From assembly GCA_963796965.1 (NCBI GenBank), contig CAWCNS010000009.1, positions 256,001-320,000 of the forward strand: 64,000 bases of DNA. Reading direction: 5' to 3'. The translations under genes and the position numbers were made by a program. Shown piece after piece: positions 54,618 through 64,000 of the stretch. The DNA is from Calditrichia bacterium (GTDB lineage: Bacteria; Calditrichota; Calditrichia; JAJRVZ01). The first letter of the stretch is position 1. The number at the start of each line of letters is the position of its first letter. The notes under the pieces were generated by a model that did not search any database, was not told the origin of the DNA, and worked only from the letters and a program-made list of their open reading frames with translations.

Positions 54618-54858
54618 ATATCAATTGATTCATCATTGACAAACGGTCTATATAAGGACCTCACCCCTCAGCAGAGCTCATTTCGAGCCTAGCCCCCTCT
54701 CCCCTTGATAGGAGAGGAGGAATTCAAGCGAACAAACGATAAACAGGAGGGCTGATTGCTAGTAAGATGAATTTGTATAATTTGCAGTGATCGAGGATCT
54801 TGCACTCTTTCCAATCTATAACACTAATAGGAGAGCGAAAATAAACGGAGAAAGTCTT

Positions 54859-56250
54859 ATGGAGAACAAGAAGATACGCGGTAAAATCGACGCAAAAACG
54901 TTACGACAGTTGATTGAAGAGGAACAAATTGAGACCGTATTAACCGCCTTCCCCGATCTTTATGGTCGTCTGGTTGGCAAACGGATCACCGGTCGTTTCT
55001 TTCTGGATGAAGTTCTCGACGATTCGATGCATGCCTGCGATTACCTATTGGCGTGTGATATGGAGATGGACCCCGTTCCAGGCTATAAATTTACCAGCTG
55101 GGCCGATGGCTATGGTGATATACGCCTGGTGCCACAGTTATCAACCCTACGCATTGCCAGCTGGCTTGAAAAAACAGCGATTATTCTCTGCGATGTCTTT
55201 GAAGAAGAGACAGATAAGTTAGTTGATGTCGCGCCACGAAGCATTCTGCATAAACAAGTGGCGCAGGCTTCTGCTATGGGATATGAGGCGATGGGCGCTT
55301 CGGAGCTGGAATTCTTTGTTTTTAAGGATAGTTTTGATGAGGCAGCGGAAAAGCAATATATCGATCTTCAACCGTTTAGCAACTATATCGAAGACTATCA
55401 TTTGTTGCAGGGTACTAAAGAGGAAATTGTGATAGGCGACATCCGCTATCACCTGGATCGTTCAGGGATTCCGGTTGAATTCTCAAAAGGAGAATGGGGA
55501 CCCGGCCAACAGGAGATTAACCTGCGCTATACCGACTTCATGGAGATGTCCGACCGTCACGTACTTTATAAACATGCCGCTAAGGAAATTGCCTTTCAGA
55601 AGGGACACGCGATCACCTTTATGGCCAAATGGGATGAGCGCTATGCCGGCTCGAGTATGCATATCCATAGCAGCCTGCGCGATAAGGAGAGTTTAGAACC
55701 CTTGTTTCCCGGCAAGGAGAAGATAGGATCGCTTCAGGCATCTGCTTTATTCCGATGGTTCCTGGGTGGCTGGATGAAACATATTTCTGAAGTTTTTCCT
55801 TTTTATGCCCCCTACCCCACTTCATACAAGCGGTTTGTAGCGGGCTCCTTTGCGCCGACCGGCCTGGCCTGGAGTTACGACAACCGCACGGCCGCCTTCC
55901 GGATTATCGGGCACGGTCCGGCCTTGCGTATCGAATGCCGCGCGCCCGGTGCCGATGGTAATCCCTATCTGACCTTTGCCGCTACCCTGGCCGCCGGCCT
56001 GGACGGCATCAAGAATAAAATCGAGCCGCCGTCGGTATTTGAGGGTGATGTCTATACCGCTGCCGATCTGCCCCAAGTTCCGCGCACGTTGAACGAGGCC
56101 ATTGAACGGATGGAATCAAGCCAATGGGCGCGGGAGGTTTTTGGTGAAAATGTAATAGAGCATTATCTGCACTTTTATAAAACCGAACAGCGGAAATTTG
56201 ATGAAGTTGTTACCGCCTGGGAACGTAAACGTTATTTTGAACGGGCATAA
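54859..56250 (+). CDS. Glutamine synthetase-like gamma-glutamyl-amine ligase (PuuA/GlnA4 type)
   Basis: DLYGRLVGKR, ASELEF, GEWGPGQQEINL, GSSMHIHSS, YKRFVAGSFAPT, DNRTAAFR, RIECRAPGADGNPY. Adjacent to a C26 hydrolase and an amine permease. Confidence 0.9.
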   Translation: MENKKIRGKIDAKTLRQLIEEEQIETVLTAFPDLYGRLVGKRITGRFFLDEVLDDSMHACDYLLACDMEMDPVPGYKFTSWADGYGDIRLVPQLSTLRIASWLEKTAIILCDVFEEETDKLVDVAPRSILHKQVAQASAMGYEAMGASELEFFVFKDSFDEAAEKQYIDLQPFSNYIEDYHLLQGTKEEIVIGDIRYHLDRSGIPVEFSKGEWGPGQQEINLRYTDFMEMSDRHVLYKHAAKEIAFQKGHAITFMAKWDERYAGSSMHIHSSLRDKESLEPLFPGKEKIGSLQASALFRWFLGGWMKHISEVFPFYAPYPTSYKRFVAGSFAPTGLAWSYDNRTAAFRIIGHGPALRIECRAPGADGNPYLTFAATLAAGLDGIKNKIEPPSVFEGDVYTAADLPQVPRTLNEAIERMESSQWAREVFGENVIEHYLHFYKTEQRKFDEVVTAWERKRYFERA

Positions 56251-56255
56251 AAAGT

Positions 56256-57017
56256 ATGACGCCTTTAATCGGGATCACTACCTATAGAAATTTAAAACAT
56301 GGCGGTTACTATCTGCCTGATGGATATGTAGAGTCGGTACGCAAGGCCGGTGGCGTTCCGGTCTTGTTAACGCCTGGCGAAACAGATATTAACTGCATCC
56401 TTCAGACAGTTGACGGCCTTGTTTTTGCAGGGGGTGGTGATATCGATCCATCCGTATACGGCGGCACGAAACATTCTTCCCTTGACCGCGTTGATCCCCT
56501 ACGCGATAAATTTGAACTGGCCTTAGCAAAAAGAGTGATTGATTCAACCATTCCTGTGCTGGGGATCTGCCGTGGGTTTCAATTGCTTGCCGTGGCCAGT
56601 GGCGTCGGGCTAATCACCCATATCCCAGATGACATAGGCGATGCAGTCAAACACAAAGCCCAAAACGGTAAACCGATAAAACATTTGGTACATCTCGAGC
56701 CGCAGAGCCGCCTGGCAATAATTACCGGCAACATAAAATTTGAAGTGGAATCCATCCATCACCAAGCCATTTGTGATCTGCCCGTGGACTGGCAGGTTGC
56801 CGCTAATTCGAATGATGGCATCATTGAAGCCCTTGAACACAAAAATCATCCCTGGATGATCTCGGTGCTCTGGCATCCTGAGATGTCTCCGGAAGACCCA
56901 AATCATCAGAAGATATTCCGGGCGTTTGTTGAGGCTGCTGGTGAATTAAGTAAAATGGAAAAAGTAGAGAGTGGAGGGAAGAGGGTGAAGGAAAAAAAGG
57001 CAAAAGGCAAAAGGTAA
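56256..57017 (+). CDS. gamma-glutamyl-amide hydrolase (peptidase C26, PuuD-like)
   Basis: GGGDIDP, LGICRGFQ, SIHHQA, WHPE triad. Confidence 0.9.
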   Translation: MTPLIGITTYRNLKHGGYYLPDGYVESVRKAGGVPVLLTPGETDINCILQTVDGLVFAGGGDIDPSVYGGTKHSSLDRVDPLRDKFELALAKRVIDSTIPVLGICRGFQLLAVASGVGLITHIPDDIGDAVKHKAQNGKPIKHLVHLEPQSRLAIITGNIKFEVESIHHQAICDLPVDWQVAANSNDGIIEALEHKNHPWMISVLWHPEMSPEDPNHQKIFRAFVEAAGELSKMEKVESGGKRVKEKKAKGKR

Positions 57018-57046
57018 AAGGTAAAAGAAAGACGTAAGGGTAGGGA

Positions 57047-57163
57047 GTAGCGGCGCGATTTATCGCGTCGTAGATAATAAATCGTAGAGAATACGGCGAA
57101 GCGGGCAGGTAGCCCGAATCAATATTCAATGTTCAGGTAGGGGCAGACCCGTGTGTCTGCCCG
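57047..57163 (+). repeat. Two GTAG-type REP-like hairpins
   Basis: GTAG-cggcgcgatttatcgcgtcg and GTAG-gggcagacccgtgtgtctgccc. Confidence 0.65.
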
Positions 57164-57203
57164 GATAGAGTTAAGATGATAATACAAAATTTAATGGTGA
57201 ATT

Positions 57204-58664
57204 ATGACAGATCATAAAGACTGGTGGCGTTAAGTATGCAGCCGTTGGTGAGCAATATCTTGACCAGCGCAAATTGGAAAAAAAGGCTGGTTGGGTTTTG
57301 TTGTGGGGATTAGGGGTTGGTGCCGTTATTTCAGGTGATTATTTCGGCTGGAACTTTGGCCTACTTTCCGGTGGATTCTGGGGTTTGGTGATTGCCACCA
57401 TCCTGATGGCAGTCATGTACCTGACGATGATGTTTACGCTGGCTGAGCCTATCCACCGCCCTGCCCCATGCCGGAGGGCCCTATTCATTTGCCCGCCAGG
57501 CATTCGGACCCTGGGGTGGGTATTTATGCGGTCTGGCGGTTACCATCGAATATGTCCTGACACCAGCGGTAATTGTCGTTGGTTTGGGTGGCTATCTGCA
57601 TGCGCTGATCCCACAGGTTCATCTTTACCTCTGGTGGGCCCTGGCTTATCTTGTCTTTGTATTTATCAACGTGCGTGGTGTAGAGTTAACGATGAAAGTA
57701 TCGCTGATCGTTACCATTGTTGCCACGGCTATTTTGATTATTTTTTACGGTTCGGCAATTTTTTCCGGTGCCTTTACCTGGTCTAACCTCTTCAATATTC
57801 AGCCTGATCCTGGGCAGTCGGCATTCGGATTGCCTAAAGGCTGGTACGGTGTTTTTGCCACGCTGCCCTTTGCGATCTGGTTTTATCTGGCCATTGAAGA
57901 ACTGCCGCTGGCTGCCGAAGAGACCGAAAATGTCAGCCGCGATATGCCGAGGGCCATGCTATTAGGCATTGTTACCTTGCTGATATTATCGGGTTTTACG
58001 CTGGTGCTCAACACCGGGGTTGGAGGTGGTGCCGCTGCCATCGGCCAATCAGATGCACCGCTGGCCGAGGGTTTCCAGGCCATATTTGGTTTTGGTGCTG
58101 CATCAGTGATTTTTACCGTAATCGCCTTGACCGGTCTGATCGCAAGTTTCCACTCGATCATCTATGCCTACGGGCGACAGATCTTTGCACTGTCACGGGC
58201 TGGTTATTTTCCACGCGTATGGTCGTTGACCCATAAAAAACATCATACACCGCATGTGGCATTATGGGGTGGTGCTATCTTTGGGTTTATCTGTGCCATC
58301 TTGATTGACCAGTTTTCGGATACTGTGGGAGCGGCCTTGCTCAATATGGCCGTCTTCGGCGGGGTAATTTCTTATCTGCTGATGATGCTAAGCTGATTTT
58401 AAAATAGCCAAGCTTGATATAAACCGTCCCTATAAAAGTCCGGGGGGTACTTTTTTTGCCGCCCTGGCCTTTCTGCTGGCCTTAATCGCTTTATTTGCCT
58501 GTTTTGCCTTACCCGAATATCGCCCCGGCGTTTTTGGTGTTGCCGTCTGGTTTTTGTTAGGCAGTCTGTGGTTTGGCCTGATCAGCCGTAAGAATTTAGT
58601 AGCGGAAGCGCCGGAAGAGGAATATGCCTTGATAGAAAAAGCACAGAGGGAATTAAAACATTAA
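57204..58664 (+). CDS. APC-family amine permease, ethanolamine-permease-like; about 3 frameshifts
   Basis: LLWGLGVGAVISGDYFGWNFGL, LPFAIWFYLAIEELPLAAEET, GLIASFHSIIYAYGRQIFALSRAGYFP, RPYKSPGG, LVAEAPEEEYA..*. Confidence 0.88.
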
Positions 58665-58756
58665 TCAGGAGAAAGTTATCACAACTTTTCCCCGGGCATG
58701 GCCTTCTTCAAGATAACGGATAGCCTCCGGAACTTCTTGTAACGGATACTGTCTAT

Positions 58757-59506
58757 CTATAACCGATACCATTTTCCCTGCTTCAACAAGTCTCTTTTAG
58801 AAAAACCAGGTATTTTAGAACCTTTAAACAAAAGCCAAAACATAAATAACAATTCCCCCCAGCCTATAATCGTAGCAATATTCAAATCATAGCTTGGTAC
58901 GAGAAACTTGCCAAAATGATCTATTAAATAGCTGAGACCAGCGAGTAATAACAAGATACCCATGAACCTGGGGATATAGCCCGACTTGAAGGCAAGATAA
59001 CCAAGGAGCGCAAGATGAAGGCCAAAAAATACAAATCCAATGGCCCATCCATCACGAAATGCGTTAATAGACAGCATCATCAGGGCATGTATCTGAGTTG
59101 GTTCAAATACTTTCAGGTAGTCAGATCCATTTAAAAGTTGAAAAATGTTAAAATAATGTGCCAGAGCTATTCCAAATATAGTCGAATAAACCAACCTGAA
59201 CCACGCCATAAGCAAAGAGAGACTCTTGTTTACCGGTTTAAGAAAAATATAGAATGCCCAGGCCACCAACACATCACATACAATTACGATCAGAAAACTA
59301 ATGATACCCACACGAAACAATGTCTCCTCTGCCATAATATTGTTTGCTGTAGTTGTGGCATCTCCCGGCACAATAAGGTTTTGAAAGATATAAAAATCCG
59401 CAAAAAGGTAGCATATGGTCATAATCAGCAGCCCCAGCCCTGCGACCATTGCAGCCGTACTTAATGTGATATTACCCATGCGTACATCCATTTTGTTTGA
59501 ATCCAT
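58757..59506 (-). CDS. DUF4386-like integral membrane protein
   Basis: LIVPGDATTTANNI, LKPVNKSLSLL.AWFRL, FFGLHLALLGYL..KSGYIPR, GELLFMFWLLFKG. Confidence 0.8.
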   Translation of the reverse strand: MDSNKMDVRMGNITLSTAAMVAGLGLLIMTICYLFADFYIFQNLIVPGDATTTANNIMAEETLFRVGIISFLIVIVCDVLVAWAFYIFLKPVNKSLSLLMAWFRLVYSTIFGIALAHYFNIFQLLNGSDYLKVFEPTQIHALMMLSINAFRDGWAIGFVFFGLHLALLGYLAFKSGYIPRFMGILLLLAGLSYLIDHFGKFLVPSYDLNIATIIGWGELLFMFWLLFKGSKIPGFSKRDLLKQGKWYRL

Positions 59507-59893
59507 TTCTTTATCCCTGTATTATATTTGATAATACCAAACCCGATAAAAAGTCATTCCTCATCAACAGAGTGGAAATCTTTTCTTTGCCTTCCCTGCG
59601 AGAGAAAAAGATAAACACAAAGCACACAAAGAAGACACGGAGGACTCGGAGAAAAGATTTTTTCTATTTATTTATATCTCGGTTTGTATAGATTTATGAA
59701 TAACCTCCCCCTTCCTCCCCCTCCTTACTAAGGAGGGGGAACGAGGGGGTGGTAGTTTAAAACCCTAATTTTTGTCTTTTTTCTTTTGTCCTTTTTCTTA
59801 TTCTCTGCGCCTCTGCGAGAGAAAAAGATAAACACAAAGGACACAAAGAACACACGAAGTCCACAAATAAGTTTATAAAATCAAAATAAGCCT

Positions 59894-61621
59894 TCAGCTG
59901 CGAGCAAGCAACAACCGAAACGCCACCACCTCCCGGCCATTGCGAACCAGCAAGATGTCACCAACAAGAACCGGGTGGTTCCAGGTTTTACCCTCGATGC
60001 CGGGTAACCGCGCCAACTCCGTAAACTGATCCGGCGCGGCCTCAATCAGGACAAGTTCTCCCTGCTCTGAGAGCACCAGCAACAGGTCCTGGTCGGCCAA
60101 AAGGATGAGCTGGCCACCATAGCGTCCTCCCTTCCACTTACGCTTACCATCCTCGATGTCGATACACATAAGATTTGGACCGTTAAAGCCAAAGGCATAA
60201 CCCTTGTGAACGACAAAATCATTAAAGTCAGGTCTTAGCCGGGTCGATTTCCAACGCTCTTCAACCTTCCATCCTTCAGATCCGTGTCTGACGGAGAAGC
60301 GAATCATGCCATTTCTATCGCCGGCGCTGATCAATACCTCGCGACCTTCAATCAGGGCGGGTTGAACGATACGGGTTTCAGCCGGTAATGCACATTTCCA
60401 AAGCAGCGTGCCGTCGGCCGGTGCGACACTGGTTGCGCCGACGGCGCTCATCAGCAGGATCTGCTCAACGCCATCAATTGTCACTCGATGAGGAGAACTA
60501 TAGCTGTCTCCACCATCAGGGCCGTACCAGCGTGGCTCACCGCTGGCGATATCATAGGCCGCAAGTTTACCCGTGGCTGCGACGATGACGACATCGCCGA
60601 TAACCAATGGGGAGCTCGTAAAACCCCATCCTGAATCCTTCGCGTCGGTGTCGGTCGCTGCGTTGCGGGACCACACAACGGTACCACTATAGGCATCGAG
60701 AACGTTTAGGATTCCGGTCGCACCAAATGTATAGACGCGACCGTTGCTGAGAGTTGGCGTACTCCGCGGACCGGCACCAGCATGGGAGTCCCAGAAGCGT
60801 GCCGGGTCATGATGTCTCCACACCGGCTGCCCGGTAGAAAGATTATAACAGGCAACGACTTCTTCCTCACCACGCTGCTCCTGCGTATAAATAAGACCTT
60901 TACTTACCGCAAAGGAAGAACAGCCCGGACCGATGGGCCGGCGCCAGAGCTCCACCGGCGGTGATACCGACCAGTTGGTTTCAATACGTGGGCCACGGAT
61001 AATGCTGTTGCGATTGGGTCCGCGAAATCCTGGCCATTCGGCTATAGAATCCGCTCCTGCCGTAACGGATGGAGGTACCATTGGCTCATCATCATGCTGG
61101 GCGAGTAGTTGCTCCTCATGAGTCGCGGCCCACCGCCAGGCGAAATCCACATCGATGTCGCCGGTAATGCCGTTAGACCGAAAGAGCGTCCACACACCAC
61201 AGGCGAGCAGGATGGTTGCAACCATCATCGTCCACCGGATTCGGTCAGGGAACTGTTGGCTGATCACCGCCCAGAGGACAAAGGCGAGGCTCAAGGTCGG
61301 TATAGCATAGAGGTAAAACATCAGCCCCTGCATCCCCGTTCCAATGGATACGTGGACGAGGTATGATGTCCCAACCAGCGCGACGATCATCAGGAGGACA
61401 GCACTCCAACGTTCAGATCGGCGTGCCCGGCTGAAAAAGGCCCACCACACAACAACAAACAACCCACCTAGTAATGCCCCAAATACACTGATTAAAATAG
61501 TATCAGGGTCAATGACGGGGAGGACAATCCAAGCCAGCCACTGGAGTATTACGATGACGACACCGGGCCAAAGTCTGAGCGGTCTCTGCTGATTTTGTTG
61601 GTTGGTCTTTTCTTTTAACAT
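59894..61621 (-). CDS. Membrane-anchored PQQ-binding-like (BamB-type) beta-propeller protein
   Basis: N-terminal TM helices; WPGFRGPNR, GPRSTPT, SSPLV, YSSP, GKTWNHPVL. Confidence 0.85.
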   Translation of the reverse strand: MLKEKTNQQNQQRPLRLWPGVVIVILQWLAWIVLPVIDPDTILISVFGALLGGLFVVVWWAFFSRARRSERWSAVLLMIVALVGTSYLVHVSIGTGMQGLMFYLYAIPTLSLAFVLWAVISQQFPDRIRWTMMVATILLACGVWTLFRSNGITGDIDVDFAWRWAATHEEQLLAQHDDEPMVPPSVTAGADSIAEWPGFRGPNRNSIIRGPRIETNWSVSPPVELWRRPIGPGCSSFAVSKGLIYTQEQRGEEEVVACYNLSTGQPVWRHHDPARFWDSHAGAGPRSTPTLSNGRVYTFGATGILNVLDAYSGTVVWSRNAATDTDAKDSGWGFTSSPLVIGDVVIVAATGKLAAYDIASGEPRWYGPDGGDSYSSPHRVTIDGVEQILLMSAVGATSVAPADGTLLWKCALPAETRIVQPALIEGREVLISAGDRNGMIRFSVRHGSEGWKVEERWKSTRLRPDFNDFVVHKGYAFGFNGPNLMCIDIEDGKRKWKGGRYGGQLILLADQDLLLVLSEQGELVLIEAAPDQFTELARLPGIEGKTWNHPVLVGDILLVRNGREVVAFRLLLARS

Positions 61622-61882
61622 TGGCTTATCCTCATACTATTATGTATACATTATTTGGCATATTAATGCTATATATCAACTTTTAAAGTCATAGTTGTAA
61701 ATAACTTTAACGGGTGGTATGTTATATGCTGCGAATGGCAAAACTCAATATGGACATGGCTGATTCAGATCAAAACAAATATAATAATTCTCAGAGAAAT
61801 ACTGAAGCATTTAATAACTTCCGGATCAATACAATTTTGAAAGGAAAAACCCTGTGATTTTGTCAATAGTGAATAAGATGTT

Positions 61883-62863
61883 CTATTTAGCGGCAATCCA
61901 TTTAAAGGCATGTTGTTTTTCGGGGATGTGCATTCTCTCTGAAATTCGTTGCAATCTTTTTGGCAGGACCATCAAATAATCTCTGGCTTCTTCTGCCTGA
62001 TCATTGATACCTGATATATTATCAATATTCCATTTCTTTAATAATGAATTTAATATATCGATATAATCTTGTGTTGTATAGACCTTGATCCGTTGAGCGG
62101 CATCGGAGAAGTGGGTAAACAGCTCACCAATTTTATCCCCTGCTTCTCTTAAAAAATGTGCTGGCATCACAATTTTCTTTTTCATCATTTCCTCTAAGGC
62201 CACCATCATGCCATTAGGGTCTATTTCGAATATTTCTTTGACAAAATGCATATAAGCATTGGCATGACGGGATTCATCCGCTGCGATGATCCCACATATT
62301 TTTGATAATCGGGTATTGCCCGTTTTTTTGGTTAGGGTGGCCACTCTTCTATGGGAGATATTTGTAGCCAACTCCTGAAAACTGGTATAGATGAAACTCT
62401 TGTATGGATCATTTCCTGTTTGTATATCAAAGCCATCATTAAGCAGGTGTTGTGTTGAGATTTCCATCTCTCTCATATTTACCTGTCCGGATAAATAAAG
62501 ATATTTATTGAGTAAATCACCATGACGGTTTTCCTCAGCTGTCCAGGTACGCACCCATTTTGACCAGCCGCTCTTTTTCTGCGGATCGATACCTTCAATA
62601 TGCATGAGCCATGATTCATAGGTTGGTAAAGCTTCTTCCGTAATCGTGTCGCCGATTAACACCGCCAGAAGATCATAACTCATTTCTTTTGATAAATCTT
62701 GTATTTCTTTGGTCTCTTCAAAAAACCCGGGATCTTTTGCATCCGGTAACAGATCTGATGGTTGCCAGTTTTCTTCTATGGGTCGTAGAAATTTAAGAAG
62801 ATATTCATCCATCGATTTTTCAAGGGTCTGCATGACTTCCGCACGTGTATGTGATACTTTCAT
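61883..62863 (-). CDS. Soluble acyl-ACP desaturase (ferritin-like di-iron)
   Basis: WQPSDLLP, TITEEALPTY, WTAEENRHG, YTSFQELAT, AADESRH, IVMPAH. Confidence 0.93.
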   Translation of the reverse strand: MKVSHTRAEVMQTLEKSMDEYLLKFLRPIEENWQPSDLLPDAKDPGFFEETKEIQDLSKEMSYDLLAVLIGDTITEEALPTYESWLMHIEGIDPQKKSGWSKWVRTWTAEENRHGDLLNKYLYLSGQVNMREMEISTQHLLNDGFDIQTGNDPYKSFIYTSFQELATNISHRRVATLTKKTGNTRLSKICGIIAADESRHANAYMHFVKEIFEIDPNGMMVALEEMMKKKIVMPAHFLREAGDKIGELFTHFSDAAQRIKVYTTQDYIDILNSLLKKWNIDNISGINDQAEEARDYLMVLPKRLQRISERMHIPEKQHAFKWIAAK

Positions 62864-63420
62864 TAATCGCTCCTGACTCCAGTGAGATTTATTTGAGTTA
62901 GATATTAACGAAGGGACATGTATATACCTAATTGAATTCTTTAAGCTAATTAATAGGTATAAGGTATCGGTATGACTATAAATTCCTCGATTCTCATAAA
63001 TAATTATATTCAGAAGAATAGAAGCGTAGGAGGAAAGAAATATTCCAGGTCATAATGATGTTAGACTAAATATGAACATAATATGATTATCTTATTCTGC
63101 TACTTAAATCCGATATCAGATGCCCATTTATTAGTAATAACATCTGTCAGGCTTAAGATTCGGTAAGATACCATTCGCATTTCTTTATAGAGGCTCTATA
63201 CAAAACTTCTACTTACTTTTAACAGAATTATTTTTATAAAACAATCTACATCGTAAGAAATTATACAGTATACAATTTATAAATTAAATGTATCTGATGC
63301 CGTTTATTGGCCAAACAGACTTTGTCTGATTTATAATTTAAAGCATCATTTGCAGAAGTAATTCACTTATAATAATAATAAACCACCCGATTTGGGGTGC
63401 TTTTATAAAGGAGAAAATCT

Positions 63421-64000
63421 ATGTCTACTCTTTCTAATGATAAAATTGAACAACTTCGTAACACTATAAAGGGACAGATCGTGTTACCTAACGATCCCAA
63501 CTATGACGAAATTCGTAGCATATGGAATGCCATGATTGATCGGCGGCCCGCTGTTATTGTGCAGATAGCGGAAGCTGGTGATGTGCCCCCTGCGCTTGCT
63601 TTTGCACGTGAGAATGAACTCGAACTATCCATCCGCGGTGCGGGACACAATATTGCCGGAAATTCCCTGAGTGATGACGGCCTGGTGATTGATTTTTCAA
63701 AGATGAAGAATGTCCGGGTTGATCCGGGGAAGAAACGTGCTTATGTAGAACCGGGAGCCACCCTGGGTGATTTTGATAAAGCGGTACAGGCTCATGGTTT
63801 GGCCACACCCGTGGGAATAAATTCAACAACCGGTATTGCAGGATTAACCCTCGGTGGCGGTTTTGGCTGGCTTACCCGTAAATACGGATTGACTATCGAT
63901 AATCTTGTCTCTGCAAATATCATCACAGCAAATGGCAAGAACTTAACAGTCAGTGAAGATGAAAATACGGATCTATTTTGGGCCATTCGGGGAGGAGGCG
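63421..64000 (+). CDS. FAD-binding oxidoreductase (BBE/6-HDNO family), N-terminal part, runs off the right edge
   Basis: AAGGAG plus ATG 63421; WNAMIDRRPAVI, SIRGAGHNIAG, TTGIAGLTLGGGFGWLTRKYGLTIDNL, DLFWAIRGG. Confidence 0.92.
   Translation, partial: MSTLSNDKIEQLRNTIKGQIVLPNDPNYDEIRSIWNAMIDRRPAVIVQIAEAGDVPPALAFARENELELSIRGAGHNIAGNSLSDDGLVIDFSKMKNVRVDPGKKRAYVEPGATLGDFDKAVQAHGLATPVGINSTTGIAGLTLGGGFGWLTRKYGLTIDNLVSANIITANGKNLTVSEDENTDLFWAIRGGG

Noticed and set aside
54859..56250. Calling this gene glnA
   Set aside because: Operon context and sequence point to a gamma-glutamyl-amine ligase.
58394..58396. Sec or read-through at the permease TGA
   Set aside because: TAA follows two codons later, and the real C-terminus (RPYKSPGG...) is in a different frame.
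1..64000. tRNA (including tRNA-Sec), rRNA, riboswitch or sel genes
   Set aside because: None recognised by eye. A covariance-model scan would be needed to exclude small RNAs; Sec machinery, if present, lies outside the window.

Overview
Bacterial genomic DNA with about 40 protein-coding loci and no rRNA, tRNA, CRISPR array or intact transposase that I can recognise. Secreted proteins ending in a 'QNYPNPFNPTT' C-terminal sorting domain and TolB/TPR-fused Hanks kinases suggest an FCB-associated lineage such as Calditrichota, KSB1 or Ignavibacteria (inference). Many genes are split by 1-bp frameshifts, consistent with an unpolished long-read assembly, although some regions look truly decayed. 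Contents in order: (1) 1-9.2 kb, a minus-strand run of exported glycan-related genes; (2) 13.3-24.4 kb, a divergent DeoR-associated sugar or sugar-amine catabolic cluster; (3) 24.7-30.6 kb, a broken RND efflux operon, followed by uup; (4) 33.4-39.2 kb, FISUMP, LamG/propeller and GH78-like genes; (5) 39.8-51.7 kb, a module of two membrane Ser/Thr kinases, a GAF sigma54 activator with a candidate enhancer and -24/-12 promoter, and a repeat-flanked secreted gene; (6) 54.9-58.7 kb, a gamma-glutamylation operon with an ethanolamine-type permease; (7) an acyl-ACP desaturase and an FAD oxidoreductase. The strongest discovery candidate is the Tat-signal sugar-isomerase-fold gene at 3546-5087. Its apparent TGA stop is followed in frame by a 53-aa family-like C-terminus and a SECIS-like hairpin, so it is a probable selenoprotein. 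Intergenic DNA holds several REP/MITE-like repeat families and short relics of paralogous genes. All family assignments come from motif recognition, not database searches.
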